Origin: Pseudovirgaria hyperparasitica
Taxonomy: Eukaryota
Assembly: GCA_010093815.1 (NCBI GenBank)
Contig: ML996566.1
DNA: 64,000 bases
Direction: 5' to 3' (one strand)
Below, piece after piece: positions 37,790-52,649 of the stretch. The notes beneath the pieces are model-generated. The model did no database searches and was not told the origin of the DNA. It saw nothing but the letters and a program-made list of their open reading frames with translations. The position numbers were made by a program, and so were the translations under genes. Each line of letters starts with the position of its first letter. Position 1 is the first letter of the stretch.

Positions 37790-40700
37790 TATGGCATTGT
37801 TGTCGAGGAGAGAGCTGGAAACCGGGGGAGCGCGGAGAGTCGTATAGGGCTCGCGACAAGTAGCAGCTGAGCCAGCGGGGAAGTCCACGACGAAGGAGAA
37901 GAAGAATGAAGAGGAGAAAGAAGAAGTGGAATGTCCAGACGAGAAGGGTGAGAAGGTGAGAAAGGACAGGAATGGAGGGGGAGAGTGGAGGAAGTGAGTA
38001 AGTGAGTAAGTGAGAGAGAGTGAGAGAAGAGACAAAGTAGGTGGAGCGCGCGGTTGGGCGTGTCTGTGTGTGTGAGGGTGAAGGGTTCCAGGGCAAAAAG
38101 GGCACGGCACACGTTTGGCGAGCGAGCCACTACACCAAAACACTTGTGAGGAACCACACAGACACACACATATATCTACAACACTGCTAGGATCGCCTGG
38201 GAACACCTTCACCACACAGACATCCGATCTTGCCCTAGACCACACCTCTCAATCGTCTCAATGCCACATCGTTGTCGTTGTCGTTGTCTTTGTCTTAGCA
38301 CGAAGCGAACTGCAAATTGTTTTTCAAAGCACGTCGACACATACAGTAGTACTAGCCCCCTGGACGCCCATCCACTCCAACTTGTATCATTACTTGGCCC
38401 TAATATAGACCTGGAATGAGTAAATGGGGGAGAGAGACAGAGAGACAGAGAGAGGGAGGTGGTGGTGCTGCTAAGCCACAGCCATCTCGGAGGCATGCAG
38501 ACTACGGAGCGAATGGATAATTATTGTTTATGTTGCACATCCACATTCTCCACGATAGTTAGATGATGGCATGATGCTCCGCCGGGCCATATTGCAGCGC
38601 GCGACCAGGCGTGTTGCTCTGTTGACGTTTCAGGTATATGTAACTTATGGGTTGCTGTGCATGCAACGAGCAAAAGCCTACACAGACACACAAATATACA
38701 CAACTACACAACTACACAAATACATAAATACACACACACACACAAGTCTGTCTGGTAGGAGGAGGAGTGACTGGGAAGATGCCTGAACAGACGGATCGCG
38801 TGAAGTTGCGCGGGCCATTGCTTGTCGTACCACCTGGTGCTCAGAATAGGCTTTCCACTAGAACACTGACAAAAGACCTACAGTACGACCACTTTCCCCG
38901 GTCGAGTGAGGCCGAACTGCCTTGACCATGCCATTATCCATGCTGTGAGTGAAGCACCCGCCCCCGAGCGGCTTGTACACACTCTGTAGTAAATCATGAA
39001 GCCCCATGGATGAGACACCACATCCATGATAATTACCACCTAACACCATACACACTCACTCTAAGCCCTCCTGGCCACCTACAGAAAGACCAGAATAGGA
39101 AGTGACGCAAGAGTGGGGACTGTTGCGTATAGTAAGACAGCCAGCACGATGAGGGGCATGAATTATGCATATTGCATCTCCCAATATCGGAGAAAAGATG
39201 GATAAGCAGCGGCAGCAATGGAATGGATCACGATTGTTGCTCATGCTCAATGCCCCATCAACAAGCAAACATTCCCGAGGACACCGGGTGTTTCGCATCC
39301 CCGCAAGAGCAAGCCAATGATAGGCCCCTGGCTTGAGCAGCATATGCGGCAGTGACAGAATCATGTATAATAACATATTCTGTCCCGTGTTTCTTGTGCC
39401 GACGTCTTCGCAATGAATCCATCGGGACCTCTAGCAGCTGTCGGGCTGAGACGGCAGGGCAGGCCAATAAATCCAGATTTGATGCTTGTAGCGAATGGCG
39501 TTATGGAGTGTTCCGAGATGATGATTGATCGATCTACTGCCTAGTAGGCTGGTACCACTGCAAGTTCTGCCACTACAGGGTAAGCGAATGCCGTGACAAG
39601 ACGCCTGCCCTGCAGTTCTTTGCAGTATTAGTAGATTGCACTTGCGGCTGACAGCTGTACATGGGTTGGATGGTTGGATGGATGGAGGAATGGTTGGTTG
39701 GTAGGTCGGTCGATTAATAAGGGACCGGGGAGGTCACCAAGTTTGGGTAGGGCGGCCAGGGCCTGGTTCTTCGGTTCGTCATTTCATCTCATCCAGTCGA
39801 CTGTATGTACTGTAATACCTTGACCCTCGCGGCTATCAAGCATCTGCAGAGAGATGGAAGCGCGCGCGCAAACGCTTCATTGCGGATTGACAGCTGTTTT
39901 GGAAACAGGGACAGGGACAGCGACAGCGACATATCAACCACCCGAAGCCCATCTTCTCTCATCAATGATCAATCACCATCCCTCCTCTCAAGCCACACAA
40001 GACGCCAGTCAGTGGGTCCTGGAATGTTAGCCGTCGTTGCGACTTGGAAAGCTGGAGCTTGAACACCTTCATGGACCCATCCCAAATCCCTGTGAGACCT
40101 TTTTGTTTTTTCTGCTTCCAGCCAGGTTTTTTGTCGCCCTGTGAAGTGTGTGAACCACCATTCCATGACTTCCTTCATCTGCATGCGGTCCCATCTGCGC
40201 TGCTGCTGCTGCTGCTTGTCTCTCTCGCCTTCGTCACGCCGCTCACCAGCGTCTCGTTCCAATTTACCAGACATACCGTAGTCGTATTTAGTACCCTTCT
40301 GCCCGGTGGTCAGGGCCATATGATGCACGGTGCAAGCCAAGGGTAATAATAGCAATGGATGCCTTTACCTTTCCGTTGACCCCACAGTTGATGTGGGAAT
40401 GCGTGTGCAGAGTGTGATGCATCTGTGATTGCCCGCGACTAGAGAATTGCCCGATACCAGCCGTCTCTGCTCCGTCGTGTTATCTTGTTAGGGAGTAGAC
40501 GAGCTGTGTGTGTGTGATATGTAGTTGTTTGCTTGTTCATTTGCTTGCTTGCTTGCTTGCCAGCGTGTCGGTTGGCCCCTTTCTTGTGCCATGTCCGTCT
40601 CGTATCCTCGATCGCGTCTCAACATCAGGATCATCCTTGGGATATATGGATGCGGGCAACTTGTTTCTCCGATTGGTGCAGATGACGAGATTCTAGAAGC

Positions 40701-41054
40701 GCAACCACCAGACCGGGGCTCTGACCGCTACTGTGCTGTTGCGCTTGGGCAAGTTTTGCTCTACTGTGGTATGGTTGTTGTGGTTGGTGGTTCACCAGTT
40801 AGTTAGGTGGCTTGCGCTTCCTTTTGCCCCTCCCTCTCCCCTCACAATATGAATCGGTAGGCAAAACTCAACCACAACGCTAATTAATCACTCTGCCAAA
40901 AACGTCACGAATCATCTTGTTAGCCTTACCATTCTCCAAATCCGTGCCGCAGCCTTCTCGCCAACCCTGCGACTTTGTGCCGATTGCCAGTTTGAGTTGT
41001 GTTAGTTGCTTAGTTGCTTGGTTGCTTGCTCATTTCAATCAAGCATCACTCACC

Positions 41055-43463
41055 ATGGAGGCCGAAATCCGCGCCCACATTCCAAACATCGACCCTATCT
41101 TGACCGACTACTCCATTGGATATCTTACTCATGCCTCAAACTCTTTCTCTGCCGATGCCGACCCAAATGCCCCGACACCCCTGTCCGAGGCTGCTGCCTC
41201 CATCACCGCACTATTAGTCTCTGCATCCGGGGACTTGTCTGACAAGAATCAGTCAATCATCCAGAATCTTGTCGACAAGTTTGTCTCCCGACTGAGCACT
41301 GCAAATGGCGCCAATAATGGAAACCGCCAAATGGCTCCAACGACGAGAAGGCTGGATCAAGCTATCAATGTAGGTGCCCAGCGGGGCATGTCCTCCACCC
41401 TAGGTTTGGCTGGAGGCAATGTAGACTTGGAATCTGCCAATGCCCGCAAGGTCGAATCTCGCGTCGATCGCAAGAAGCTAGAGAAGGCTGAGCGCAAGAT
41501 TGCTGCAAAGCAGGCTCGAAAAGTCATGAAGAATGTTGAATATGAAGCGTCAAGATTGCTTGACATCCCTGATGAGACCCAGTCCTATGAGGACTTTTAC
41601 ATGGCCGTCAATCCTTTGCAGCTAGGCAACGAGAACGCCTCCAAGAGCAAGGACATTAAGGTCGAAGCCATCGACGTGGCCATAGGTGGTTTGCGAATCT
41701 TGACTGACACGAACCTTACCTTGGCGTACGGCCGCAGATACGGTCTGGTCGGTCAGAACGGTATTGGTAAAAGTACTCTGTTGAGGGCTTTGAGTCGACG
41801 AGAAGTGGCTATTCCAACTCATATTTCAATTCTACACGTAGAGCAGGAGGTACGTTATTGCACGTGAACAATCTGGTAAACATGCTAATATGCCGAAGAT
41901 TACTGGAGATGATACCCCGGCTCTTCAAGCAGTGCTGGACGCCGATGTCTGGCGAAAGCATTTGCTAAAGGAGCAGGAGAAGATCACCAAGGAACTGAAC
42001 GCTATCGAATCAGAGCGTTCGTCGTTGGCAGATACATCCACGGATGCAGCTCGACTAGACAAGCAACGCGAAGGACTTGACCAGACCCTCTCTGACATTC
42101 ATGGCAAATTGTCCGAAATGGAGTCTGATAAGGCAGAGTCTAGAGCGGCAAGTATTCTCGCTGGTCTTGGTTTCTCGCCAGAGAGACAGCAATTTGCTAC
42201 CAAGACTTTCTCAGGAGGATGGCGGATGAGATTGGCCCTGGCCCGAGCCCTCTTCTGTGAACCTGATCTTCTACTTCTTGATGGTAAGCAATGCGCTTCG
42301 CACACTGCCTAGGCTGAGACTGACATCCATTTAGAACCTTCCAACATGTTGGACGTGCCTTCTATCACTTTCCTGGCCAATTACCTACAGACATACCCGA
42401 GTACTGTCCTGGTAGTGTCTCACGACCGGGCTTTCCTCAACGAGGTAGCTATGGATATCATCCATCAACACTCGGAGCGTCTTGACTACTATAAAGGCGC
42501 AAACTTTGGTGAGTTGCACATCGAAGCTGCCTCTTATACCGCTAATGCCGTGCAGATTCCTTCTATGCTACGAAGGAGGAGAGAAGGAAGACAGCAAAGC
42601 GAGAGTACGAGAACCAGATGGTCCAGCGAAAACATCTGCAAGACTTCATCGACAAGTTCCGTTACAATGCAGCCAAGTCGTCAGAGGCGCAGTCACGTAT
42701 CAAGAAGCTGGAGAAAATGCCGGTTCTCGAAGCCCCTGAGAGTGAATATACTGTTCACTTCAAGTTCCCCGAGGTTGAGAAGATGTCGCCTCCCATCATA
42801 CAGATGACCGACGTCACTTTTGGCTACGAGCCTGGCAAGACTTTGCTCAAGAATGTCGACTTGGACGTCCAACTTGATTCTCGAATCGGCATTGTCGGGC
42901 CCAATGGTGCCGGTAAGACAACGGCGTTGAAGCTGCTTACTGGAGCGTTGCAACCAACATCTGGACTTATATCTCAAAATCCCCGACTCCGCCTGGGATT
43001 CTTTGCGCAACATCATGTCGACGCTCTAGATATGAATGACAGTGCTGTTGGGTTCATGGCGAAGACCTACTCTGGAAGGACCGAAGAAGAGTACCGTCGC
43101 CATCTCGGTGCCTTTGGCATCACAGGTATGACTGGCTTGCAGAAGATGGGATTGTTGTCGGGAGGTCAAAAGTCACGTGTCGCATTCGCTTGTTTATCCT
43201 TGCAGAATCCGCATGTTCTGGTACTTGACGAGCCGTCCAATCACTTGGACATTGAGGCTATGGACGCCCTATCGACTGCGCTGCAGCAATTCCAGGGTGG
43301 TGTGCTCATGGTCAGTCACGATGTCACAATGCTACAGAATGTTTGCACGAGTCTGTGGGTGTGTGACAATGGCACAATCGAGCATTTTGATGGAACAGTC
43401 AGTGATTACAAGAAAAGGATTACAGCACAGGCAAACGAGGCTGGTGTTGTGGCAGCTCACTAG
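41055..43463 (+). CDS. GCN20: ABC-F translational regulator Gcn20 (ABCF3), 4 exons
   Basis: Two ABC cassettes without TM domains (GQNGIGKST, FSGGWRMR, LDEP, GPNGAGKT, LSGGQKSR) and N-terminal VESRVDRKKLEKAERKI. Frame changes match three GT-AG introns. Confidence 0.93.
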
Positions 43464-44002
43464 AGGTCTGGTTGAAATGAATGGCTGGCGATGTTAAGTC
43501 TACACCCACGCCCGCCCTATGTATTAGATGTATAGAGCTCCGGTAAACAAACCGTCCAGGTAGTCCACCTATTACAATGACCGTCGAGCAGCCAAAACAC
43601 GCAACCTACGACATTTGTATTGTGGTAATAGTCCCTGATCGATCGTGTGTGTGCTGTAGTAAAAGTGCGTGGGGCGATTTCGCGCGTGCTAAGCCAGGTC
43701 TGTGGTGGCTAGCTGCGCCTACCAGGACTGGACCTGGACGAGCAGCCAGTATTAGTCCATCCAGTACAGGGCCCAATATTTGGTTGTTCCCCAGAATCGC
43801 TTCAACCTCAACTCCAACACGTCCTCGATCGATTTACTGGCACGTCTTACCACGACTAACTTATTAGCGATTCGAGCAAACAACTCTTCCTCATCTTAGC
43901 CCATGCTCCAGGCGCTACATTGATAAGCTCTCTGTTCGGCCCGGCTGAGCCCTAATTCGACTCCCGTCCTATCCCAGCGTTGATCTCGTCAAAGCCGTCA
44001 CC

Positions 44003-45709
44003 TTGTCGCGATCACGAGAAGCCAACGGTTCGTCCGATACTGTCACTCCTTTAGTTTCTCAATTAGACGAACGCCTGTATCGTGGCAGAGGCCAGACCGA
44101 CTCCAGTCCGCTCTTTCGGACCGTCTCCGACACGCGAAGCAACACGGCAGACTCGCCTGATCCTCCGCCCTTCTCGTCCCTTTACTTTCCATTCACACCT
44201 TCCAACGGGGAACACTACAAAGACACATCGCCAGACGTTACCTGCGAGACTCTTCCAGCTTTCGCCGCGGTTGCGCCTACGCATACGCACGAACCATCGT
44301 CTTCCGCAGCGACATCTGTACTTGCGGAAACAAAGGCAGCCCTACCGCGAGATACAAAAGAGAAAGAAGGCTCTAGCAATAAAGAGCTCGACGACGGTGA
44401 ACCCCCTCCTCCATATAGCGAAGGGTCGAGTCCGCTTGACTCATTCACCTACGTAATGGCGACCGCTGGAGGCCCTCAGAGCCTTATAACGCAAGTGTCG
44501 CAAGGCGGTGGACCACCGATCAATACACTAGGAGGTATCGCATTCTTCGTTCTCGAACAGTAGATGCTAGTAAATGCTAATATGCCACCGTGCTTAGGAG
44601 CATCCGACGAGAACATTACCCTAGATCTCCGGTAAGTTCGCGAGCGCGCATGGTAACTCAGACATCTGACATGTGCGACAGCGGCACCAAGTTTACTCTC
44701 TCAAGAGATGAGCTGCTCACCTTGCCAGAGTTCGTTCTGCTCTCGCTGTTTCCAAATGGCCTCCTTCCAGATGGCCAGATGAACTCTTATAACCACGAAG
44801 GCGACGTCTATCCAGTCGATGTCAGTACCGCTGAGTCAAGTCCCATTTTACAAGTGTCATTTCGCTGTACCAAACGTTCTGTTCAATGGATTATATGCCA
44901 ACTTCGTAACCCTTTATTATATCTATCTGACATGAGTTATCTTTCCCAGTATGACCCGAATTCTCTCCAGTACATGCTCGAATTTTTCCGGCACGTTGCA
45001 CAAACAATTCCCGCCTCTCCTCCATCCCCATCGGCCGTTACCGGACCAGATCATCCCACCGAGGCGGTGCCCATCGAGCCTATGCATGGATCCGCGCGTG
45101 ACATGCTACAGGATCGTGCTGGCATAATCGTTCTTAGGGAGGACTTGGACTTTTATGCGATTCCGCCGCGACCCGACATCGATCCGACTGAGATGATTGC
45201 GGTAAAGCGAGCTGCTGGTCGAGCTTTGCAACAGCAAGATGGTATCTTCTCAGGGCTGCGCAAAAGTGAAGAGCCGGGGACCACCGAGCAACATCTGATT
45301 GAGATGCTGACAGCAGGGTAAGTGCCTTGCAGTGGTAGCAAAGTCTCGAGATTGATATATGTTTCCAGTGGCTTTAATCACGATGATAGCTGGGGCCATC
45401 GTGCGGGAGAACCAAATAAAGCGGTCATCTGCAGTATCGCATTGGCTAGGCTTCGCACTGATATCAAAGGCAACGAGCTCCAGAATAGTAACGTCGTCGG
45501 TATGGCTCAAAAGCTTCTCCTCTTCTGGCGCAAGCCAGCTCGTAGGTGCTGGTGGGAAGGTGTCGAGCTCGAAAATGTCGACGGCGTTCAAGGTAAGCTA
45601 AAGTTATGGATCCGACGCGTATGGACTTTAGAAATGGTACGTTGGCGACCCTTCAACAAGTTATTAATACCTCTCTAATGTTGCTTAGAGCGTCATTGGA
45701 CTTCGTTAA
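44003..45709 (+). CDS. WHI2: Whi2 (BTB-like Psr phosphatase activator), multi-exon; first ATG at 44456, probable upstream near-cognate start at 44003
   Basis: Motifs ITLDLRGTKFTLSRDELLTLPE, IIVLREDLDFY, KLLLFWRKPARRCWW and WIRRVWTLEM|SVIGLR*. Five GT-AG introns. Confidence 0.88.
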
Positions 45710-46680
45710 GATGCCGAGGGACTCGCGATATTTTACATCATGCCACAAAGCGTGGCAGAGGCTGTACAGCATCTTTCACAGAGATGCTGCTAAGGTTGAC
45801 TATTGCTTTGAGCAAGAAGAGGAAAAGAACAAGCCTTGACTGGTTTCGGCCCTTCGCATTCAGCATGCATTTCATTTACAGTACAGTAGCCAGGCGTACG
45901 GTTTGAAGATCAAGCATTCCAAGGGAACAATGAGCGGACCGCATCGTACATAATACACCCGAGAACTAAATCAATAATACCCAGTTTCCTTGAGTCGATG
46001 ATGATGTCGCAGACCACTTCCAAATCCCATGCAATCTTTTCGGATACAAGCCATCGCCGGTGGATCAAGTGCCGTGCCGAGATGCTCGAGTACGTTGATG
46101 GCCGGAACCAACATCAGCTACATGGATAGGCTACAGTAGGCTACCCGCTGTTGTTGAGCCTCGACAAGACTCTGAGAGCCGGTGAGCTGGCACCACGTTC
46201 CTACCTAGCTATAGTCCGACTCGCAATGCACTTCCAATCATAGCCACGAGCGAGCATCGGAAGTCCGGCATGTAAGACAGGCGGATGTACTCTGAATGTC
46301 AAGCTCCCCGCCCTATGACACTTAAAACTCCACTGGGAGACAGCGGTGTGAGCGAGAGTGAGATAACAAACAACGTATGCTAAACAAATGACAGGAAAAT
46401 CAAAGGTCTATTTCAGCATTTGACCATGGCAACAGCTCTGCAATTGGTCTGTAGTCGGCGTTGCTAGGGACACGCATCCATTTGTAGTCGGAAACCTGTG
46501 CCTGTGTACCGGAGCAAAATCAATGGATCCGCAGTTTTCGGTGCCCGAATACGGCGCCGCCATTGGACTGAAAACTGCCCCTCGTCTCTCCCTCCCTCCC
46601 CTCATTATCCACTTCGCTCCCAGCAAAATACTTTTTCTCTTTTCTCCAAACCACCTTAAATCTCTTCTCACATCCTCTGA

Positions 46681-48257
<1,577 letters not shown>

Positions 48258-48804
48258 AGTAAGCATTTACGAGCGTCTATTTCCTTTGTCATGTACGAAC
48301 TGATTCAACACGCGGACAAGCGGATGATACCAAAAAGCGGCATTTGTCTTCAACGGCATTCGGGGCCTGGGACGACGGGAGACGGATCTGGTGGGATAAG
48401 TTCAAGACAAAATATGGTTAAGATATGGGAGGAGCATCGGCGTTGGTCATCTAACGGCATTTCAACCAGCCGGGATGATGATGATGAGGATGATGATATA
48501 TACTGTTAGGAGAGAGAATGAGAGAGATAATAGCCCACTACAGGCTTACAGGCATGTTGCGGGGTATAGAATCTGTAGAAAGTAAAAAAGAGGCCAAGAG
48601 GCCATTTTCAACATTACATTTTGGTTAAACTCCGTACTTGCGTAAGGTAACGTATTGTCTATAGACTTTTTCCCATGACAAGCCGTCGAACATAACACCG
48701 TTTCATGCATCCCCCCAACCTCGCCTCACCTCAGCTCAGTACAAGAAAAAAAGACTATGTTTGTCCGCTACGCGACGAGCACACCACCATGTTTTTTGCC
48801 CAGC

Positions 48805-49857
48805 TCAGGCATTCCCGGCCTTGCCCACCTGGAAGATGCCCGAGGCCTTCTCGTCCGACCTCAGGGTAGCCCAACTCCTGCCATCCGCTTTAACTAAAGT
48901 GAATTCCAACTTGGCCACGCCGACCCGCCAACTACTCTTCTCCACATCAACGGGGCCAAACAGCGGAAAGTCGGCCTTGTACGCCTTATTCTCCCCGGTC
49001 TTCAGATCCAACGAAATCGTCTCGGGGCCCCTGAACTCAATCCGACTCCTCTCCTTGTCAATCTTCTTGAGATAGAGACTGGCAATAACGGTGGTGGCAG
49101 TCTGGTAGTAGTCTGTGCGCACGGTCTGCAGCGTCTCGGGCTTTGCCCGCCCGGAGCCAACGTAGAGGTGTCGCGGCTTCGTGACGCAGCCGGCGATGCG
49201 CATGAACTCGTCAAACTCGAGCACGCGTCGCTTGCAGCATGTCCAGCCTTTGCTGCCTTCGTGGAAGATGGGGGAGCCCGGGTGGTGTGTGCAGGCGGTG
49301 TCGGTGGCGCGTGTGCCGGTGTATTGGGTGCCGCAGGCTTTGCGTCGGCAGGTTGCGCTTGCGGGGATGGGGAGGGTGTCGGTGTCGTCTGAGGTTTCGG
49401 GGTCGGGGTCTGGGGGCGCTGGGGTCGCGGCGGGTTGTTGTGCGTGCTGTGGTTGTTGTGATTGTGATTGTGTTGGTGGTTGTGGTGTGCGAGCCGGGGC
49501 GACTGGTTTGCGGGTAGGAGGGGGAGGGTCTGTAGATACGGGCTTTGGGGCTGGGGCTGGTGTGTCGTCGACGGTGGAGTGGGTGCCGGTGGTGCAGGGC
49601 GGGATGTCGAGGAATTCGTCAAAGGTGAGGACGCGAGGCTTGCAGCACTTCCAGCCTGGATGGGGGAATCAGTTGTGAGGTTTGAGAGGTGGAGCGATTA
49701 GACGGGTGAAGAGGATGTGTATATGTATATGTGTTTACACGGACATACCTTTCTGGCCCTCGTGGAAGATGGGTGGGCCGGGATGGTAAACACACGGGTC
49801 GGTGTCTTGAGAGAAGACCTTGCCGCAGCCCTTGTGGACGCACTTCTTTGCGGACAT
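48805..49857 (-). CDS. chpA: CHORD-containing Hsp90 co-chaperone (2 CHORD domains + CS domain); intron 49656-49748
   Basis: CVHKGC...CVYHPGPPIFHEGQK|GWKCC and a second CHORD (HHPG.PIFHEGSKGWTCC), followed by a CS domain (RTDYYQT...LEFTLVKADGRSW). Confidence 0.9.
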
Positions 49858-50153
49858 GATTGTGCTAAGAGGAAGAGAGTACTGTGATGGAGAGGAGAGC
49901 AGAGAGGGAGATTGATTGATTAGTGAGAGGAAAAAAGGATACAATCATGCATCCATCGCCAGGAATTGAGGGGTTGTGACGCTCCAGAATTCCCGAGAAT
50001 CGCGAAGAAGACATTCTGCCGCTGACGTGAAGGCGGTGTGGACGGGCGGATCCATGGGTCTGACACGTGAACGTACAGAACGACCACGACCATTTGAGAC
50101 AGTCAGTCAGTCCGGGGTAGAAACGCCTTCAATAATAGTGCAGTCCAGCCAGA

Positions 50154-50528
50154 ATGAAGCCAACGTTTAGACTGCTTCAGCATGCATGTCGTATTACTCT
50201 CTTCACGAGACCCAATTGCTCTCTCTGCGACGATGCAAAGTCAGTCCTGTCGCGTCTCTGGGACAAGAGACCATTCGAGTATCAAGAGATTGAGATCTTG
50301 AAGCCGGGAGCAGAGAAATGGAAGGCCGTGTACGAGTTTGACACGCCGGTGGTAAGGGGATGATCTATGGGATGGTGATGTTCATGATAGCTTATCCCTC
50401 TCCAGATGCACATCATGAAGGCAGAGGGGACTGTTGCGGAAACGCCTGTGAACGCTGCACAGAAGCTTATGCACCGCTTCAAGGAAGCTGAAGTCGAAAA
50501 GGTCATGGATGTTGTGGAAGCTCAGTAG
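50154..50528 (+). CDS. Glutaredoxin-like protein (DUF836 type); intron 50352-50405
   Basis: ITLFTRPNCSLCDDAK (CxxC), YEFDTPV|MHI and KLMHRF. The basic N-terminus may be a mitochondrial presequence. Confidence 0.85.
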
Positions 50529-50845
50529 ACTGTTTGCATCTCCCTCCTCACTATTGTACTGCCAGTGGTCAAATTCTGCCATATCACTTCCGGACCGACA
50601 AGAATCACAGCACCCGTAAACATCCAAGGGCCCACTGTTCTGCTCGAGCTGCCAATCGCGTCACTACCAGGCCGGCAATGGCATCGGATCGGCCTTTGAG
50701 GACGATGAGGGGCAGCTGTAGCTGTTTGGCACCCCCACGTTCTTATAAACGCCCTGCTGCTCCAGACGACACGAAGTACTTAAGCCTGTCTCTCACATGA
50801 TTCTATAGTTTCCTCAGTTGCTCGAGAGCCCAATACCATCCCACA

Positions 50846-51903
50846 ATGCAGAGCTTCAGTCGGATCCAGAAAGCGTTAAAGGGTGGAAAACCCAGTTTCG
50901 GGGGATGGCAGGTCAGTATAGATGGAATGACCAACACCACCTGCAGGACCAGAAACTAATACAAGCCGTAGATGCTTCCGGGCACTAATCACTCGCGGGC
51001 AATGGCGCGCAGTGGGCTCGACTGGATCACCATTGACTGCGAGCATGGCCGTATCGCAGGTACAGACACGTGGACTTGATACTATCATGAATATGACCCC
51101 CCTGATCCATTCGTTCTGCAGATCACGAAATGCACGAAGCGGCCGCGGCAATCGCTGCATGTGGCGTCAGTCCCATTGTTCGCATACCCGCCAACGAGCC
51201 ATGGATGGTCAAACGCAAGTCATCCATATCGGGTCTCTTGTCCCCCCAACTAAATGTCTTCAGGTGCTCTCGATGCCGGCGCACACGGCATCGTTGTGCC
51301 GCTGATATACACGCCCGCCGACGCCGAGCGGCTCGTTCAGTCAGCCAAGTTCCCACCCGTGGGCACGCGTGGGTTTGGATCACCCTGTCAGTCTCCCTAC
51401 TATAAACTACCAACCCCCGAATCACACACCTTCTGAAACCTCAGACAGTCCCGATGCAGAACTTCGGCAACATCTCCATCACCGACTACCTCACGCAAGC
51501 CAACGACGCCCTCGTCACAATCGTGCAGATCGAGACCCGCGAGGCCCTCGAGAGCGTCGAGACCATTGCCGCCATCCCGGGCGTCGACGTCCTCCTGATT
51601 GGGCCGTTTGACCTGGGGAACAACATCGGGCGGCCGATCCTGACGGCAGGCGAGATGCATGTGGAGCTCACGGATGCCATTCAACGCATCCATGTGGCGG
51701 CAGGCAAGGCGGGTAAACGGACGGGGATCTACTGTACGAGTGGGCAGCAGGCGCGTGAGTTTGCGGACAGGGGCTTCCATATGATTAGCGTGGCGGCGGA
51801 TATGATGGCGCTTCCGGCGTACTTTGAGCAGACGCTGAGGGTGGCGAGGGGTGGTGCGGATGCGGACGAGGGTGAAAAGCCAAAGGGGCCGTATGGGGGT
51901 TAG
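50846..51903 (+). CDS. HpcH/HpaI aldolase (pyruvate aldolase/citrate lyase beta fold), 5 exons including a GC-AG intron at 51215-51263
   Basis: Motifs FGGWQ|MLPG, IDCEHG, PIVRIP, KR|ALDAGAHG, KFPPVGTRGFGSP, IVQIET and LLIGPFDL. Confidence 0.9.
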
Positions 51904-52299
51904 GGGGGGGAAGTCTGGGCTGCTGCAAGATGGTCAATGATACACGTGTGTGGTAGAAGTTGTAGACCTGCTGTCTGTCATAATATACATCCATACCATC
52001 CATGTCTCCAATGTCTATACCTATACTGTACATCTATGCAAATAACCTCCATACCCAATTCGTTCAACCTCTACCTCTACCTCTATATCTATATCTATCT
52101 CTATAGCATCCAAGACAAACATCATCCAAAAAACAAAACCCAAAGTCTATGATAACATGTTCGCCATTAAACCAACCAAAAAAAGGAAAACAAAGTCATT
52201 AAAGGCGTGAAGAGGTGTTAAGACAGAGCGATATTAGAAAAAAAAGAGAGTTGGGGGTTGTTGACAGGCTTGGAAGCGAGGGGGAGGGGGTATAATATG

Positions 52300-52306
<7 letters not shown>

Positions 52307-52335
<29 letters not shown>
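52307..52335. repeat. (TC)n microsatellite
   Basis: About 14 perfect TC units. Confidence 0.9.
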
Positions 52336-52339
<4 letters not shown>

Positions 52340-52649
52340 GGGATAGGGAATTCGTGGAGGCGTCAGGGGTAGTGGGTGAGTCCATGGTAGTGTAGTGTCG
52401 GTGTGTGGTCGTCCGGAGTAGGTATGTAGATAAGTGTGAGTGAGTAGTCCACGGTGTGCCAGTGAGGGTATCTCCTTAGACGAGGGAGTAGGTGAGGTCG
52501 ACTCGACGTCAGATGGGTGGTGCCTCAACCGTCCAAGACCGGAAGGAACAAAGACAACAAGAAGAACAAGGCAAGAGCCATCCCTCTATCCTTCCTTCCC
52601 TCTCTTATTCCTCACAGCCTCCCCAGCTAGGCAGACAGTAACAAGTCCC

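Noticed and set aside
41055..43463. GCN20 split into four ORFs, suggesting pseudogenisation
   Set aside because: Each break coincides with a GT-AG intron that has a branch point.
49982..50010. Heat-shock-element-like GAA/TTC units upstream of the CHORD gene
   Set aside because: Spacing does not give three properly phased nGAAn units; too degenerate to call.
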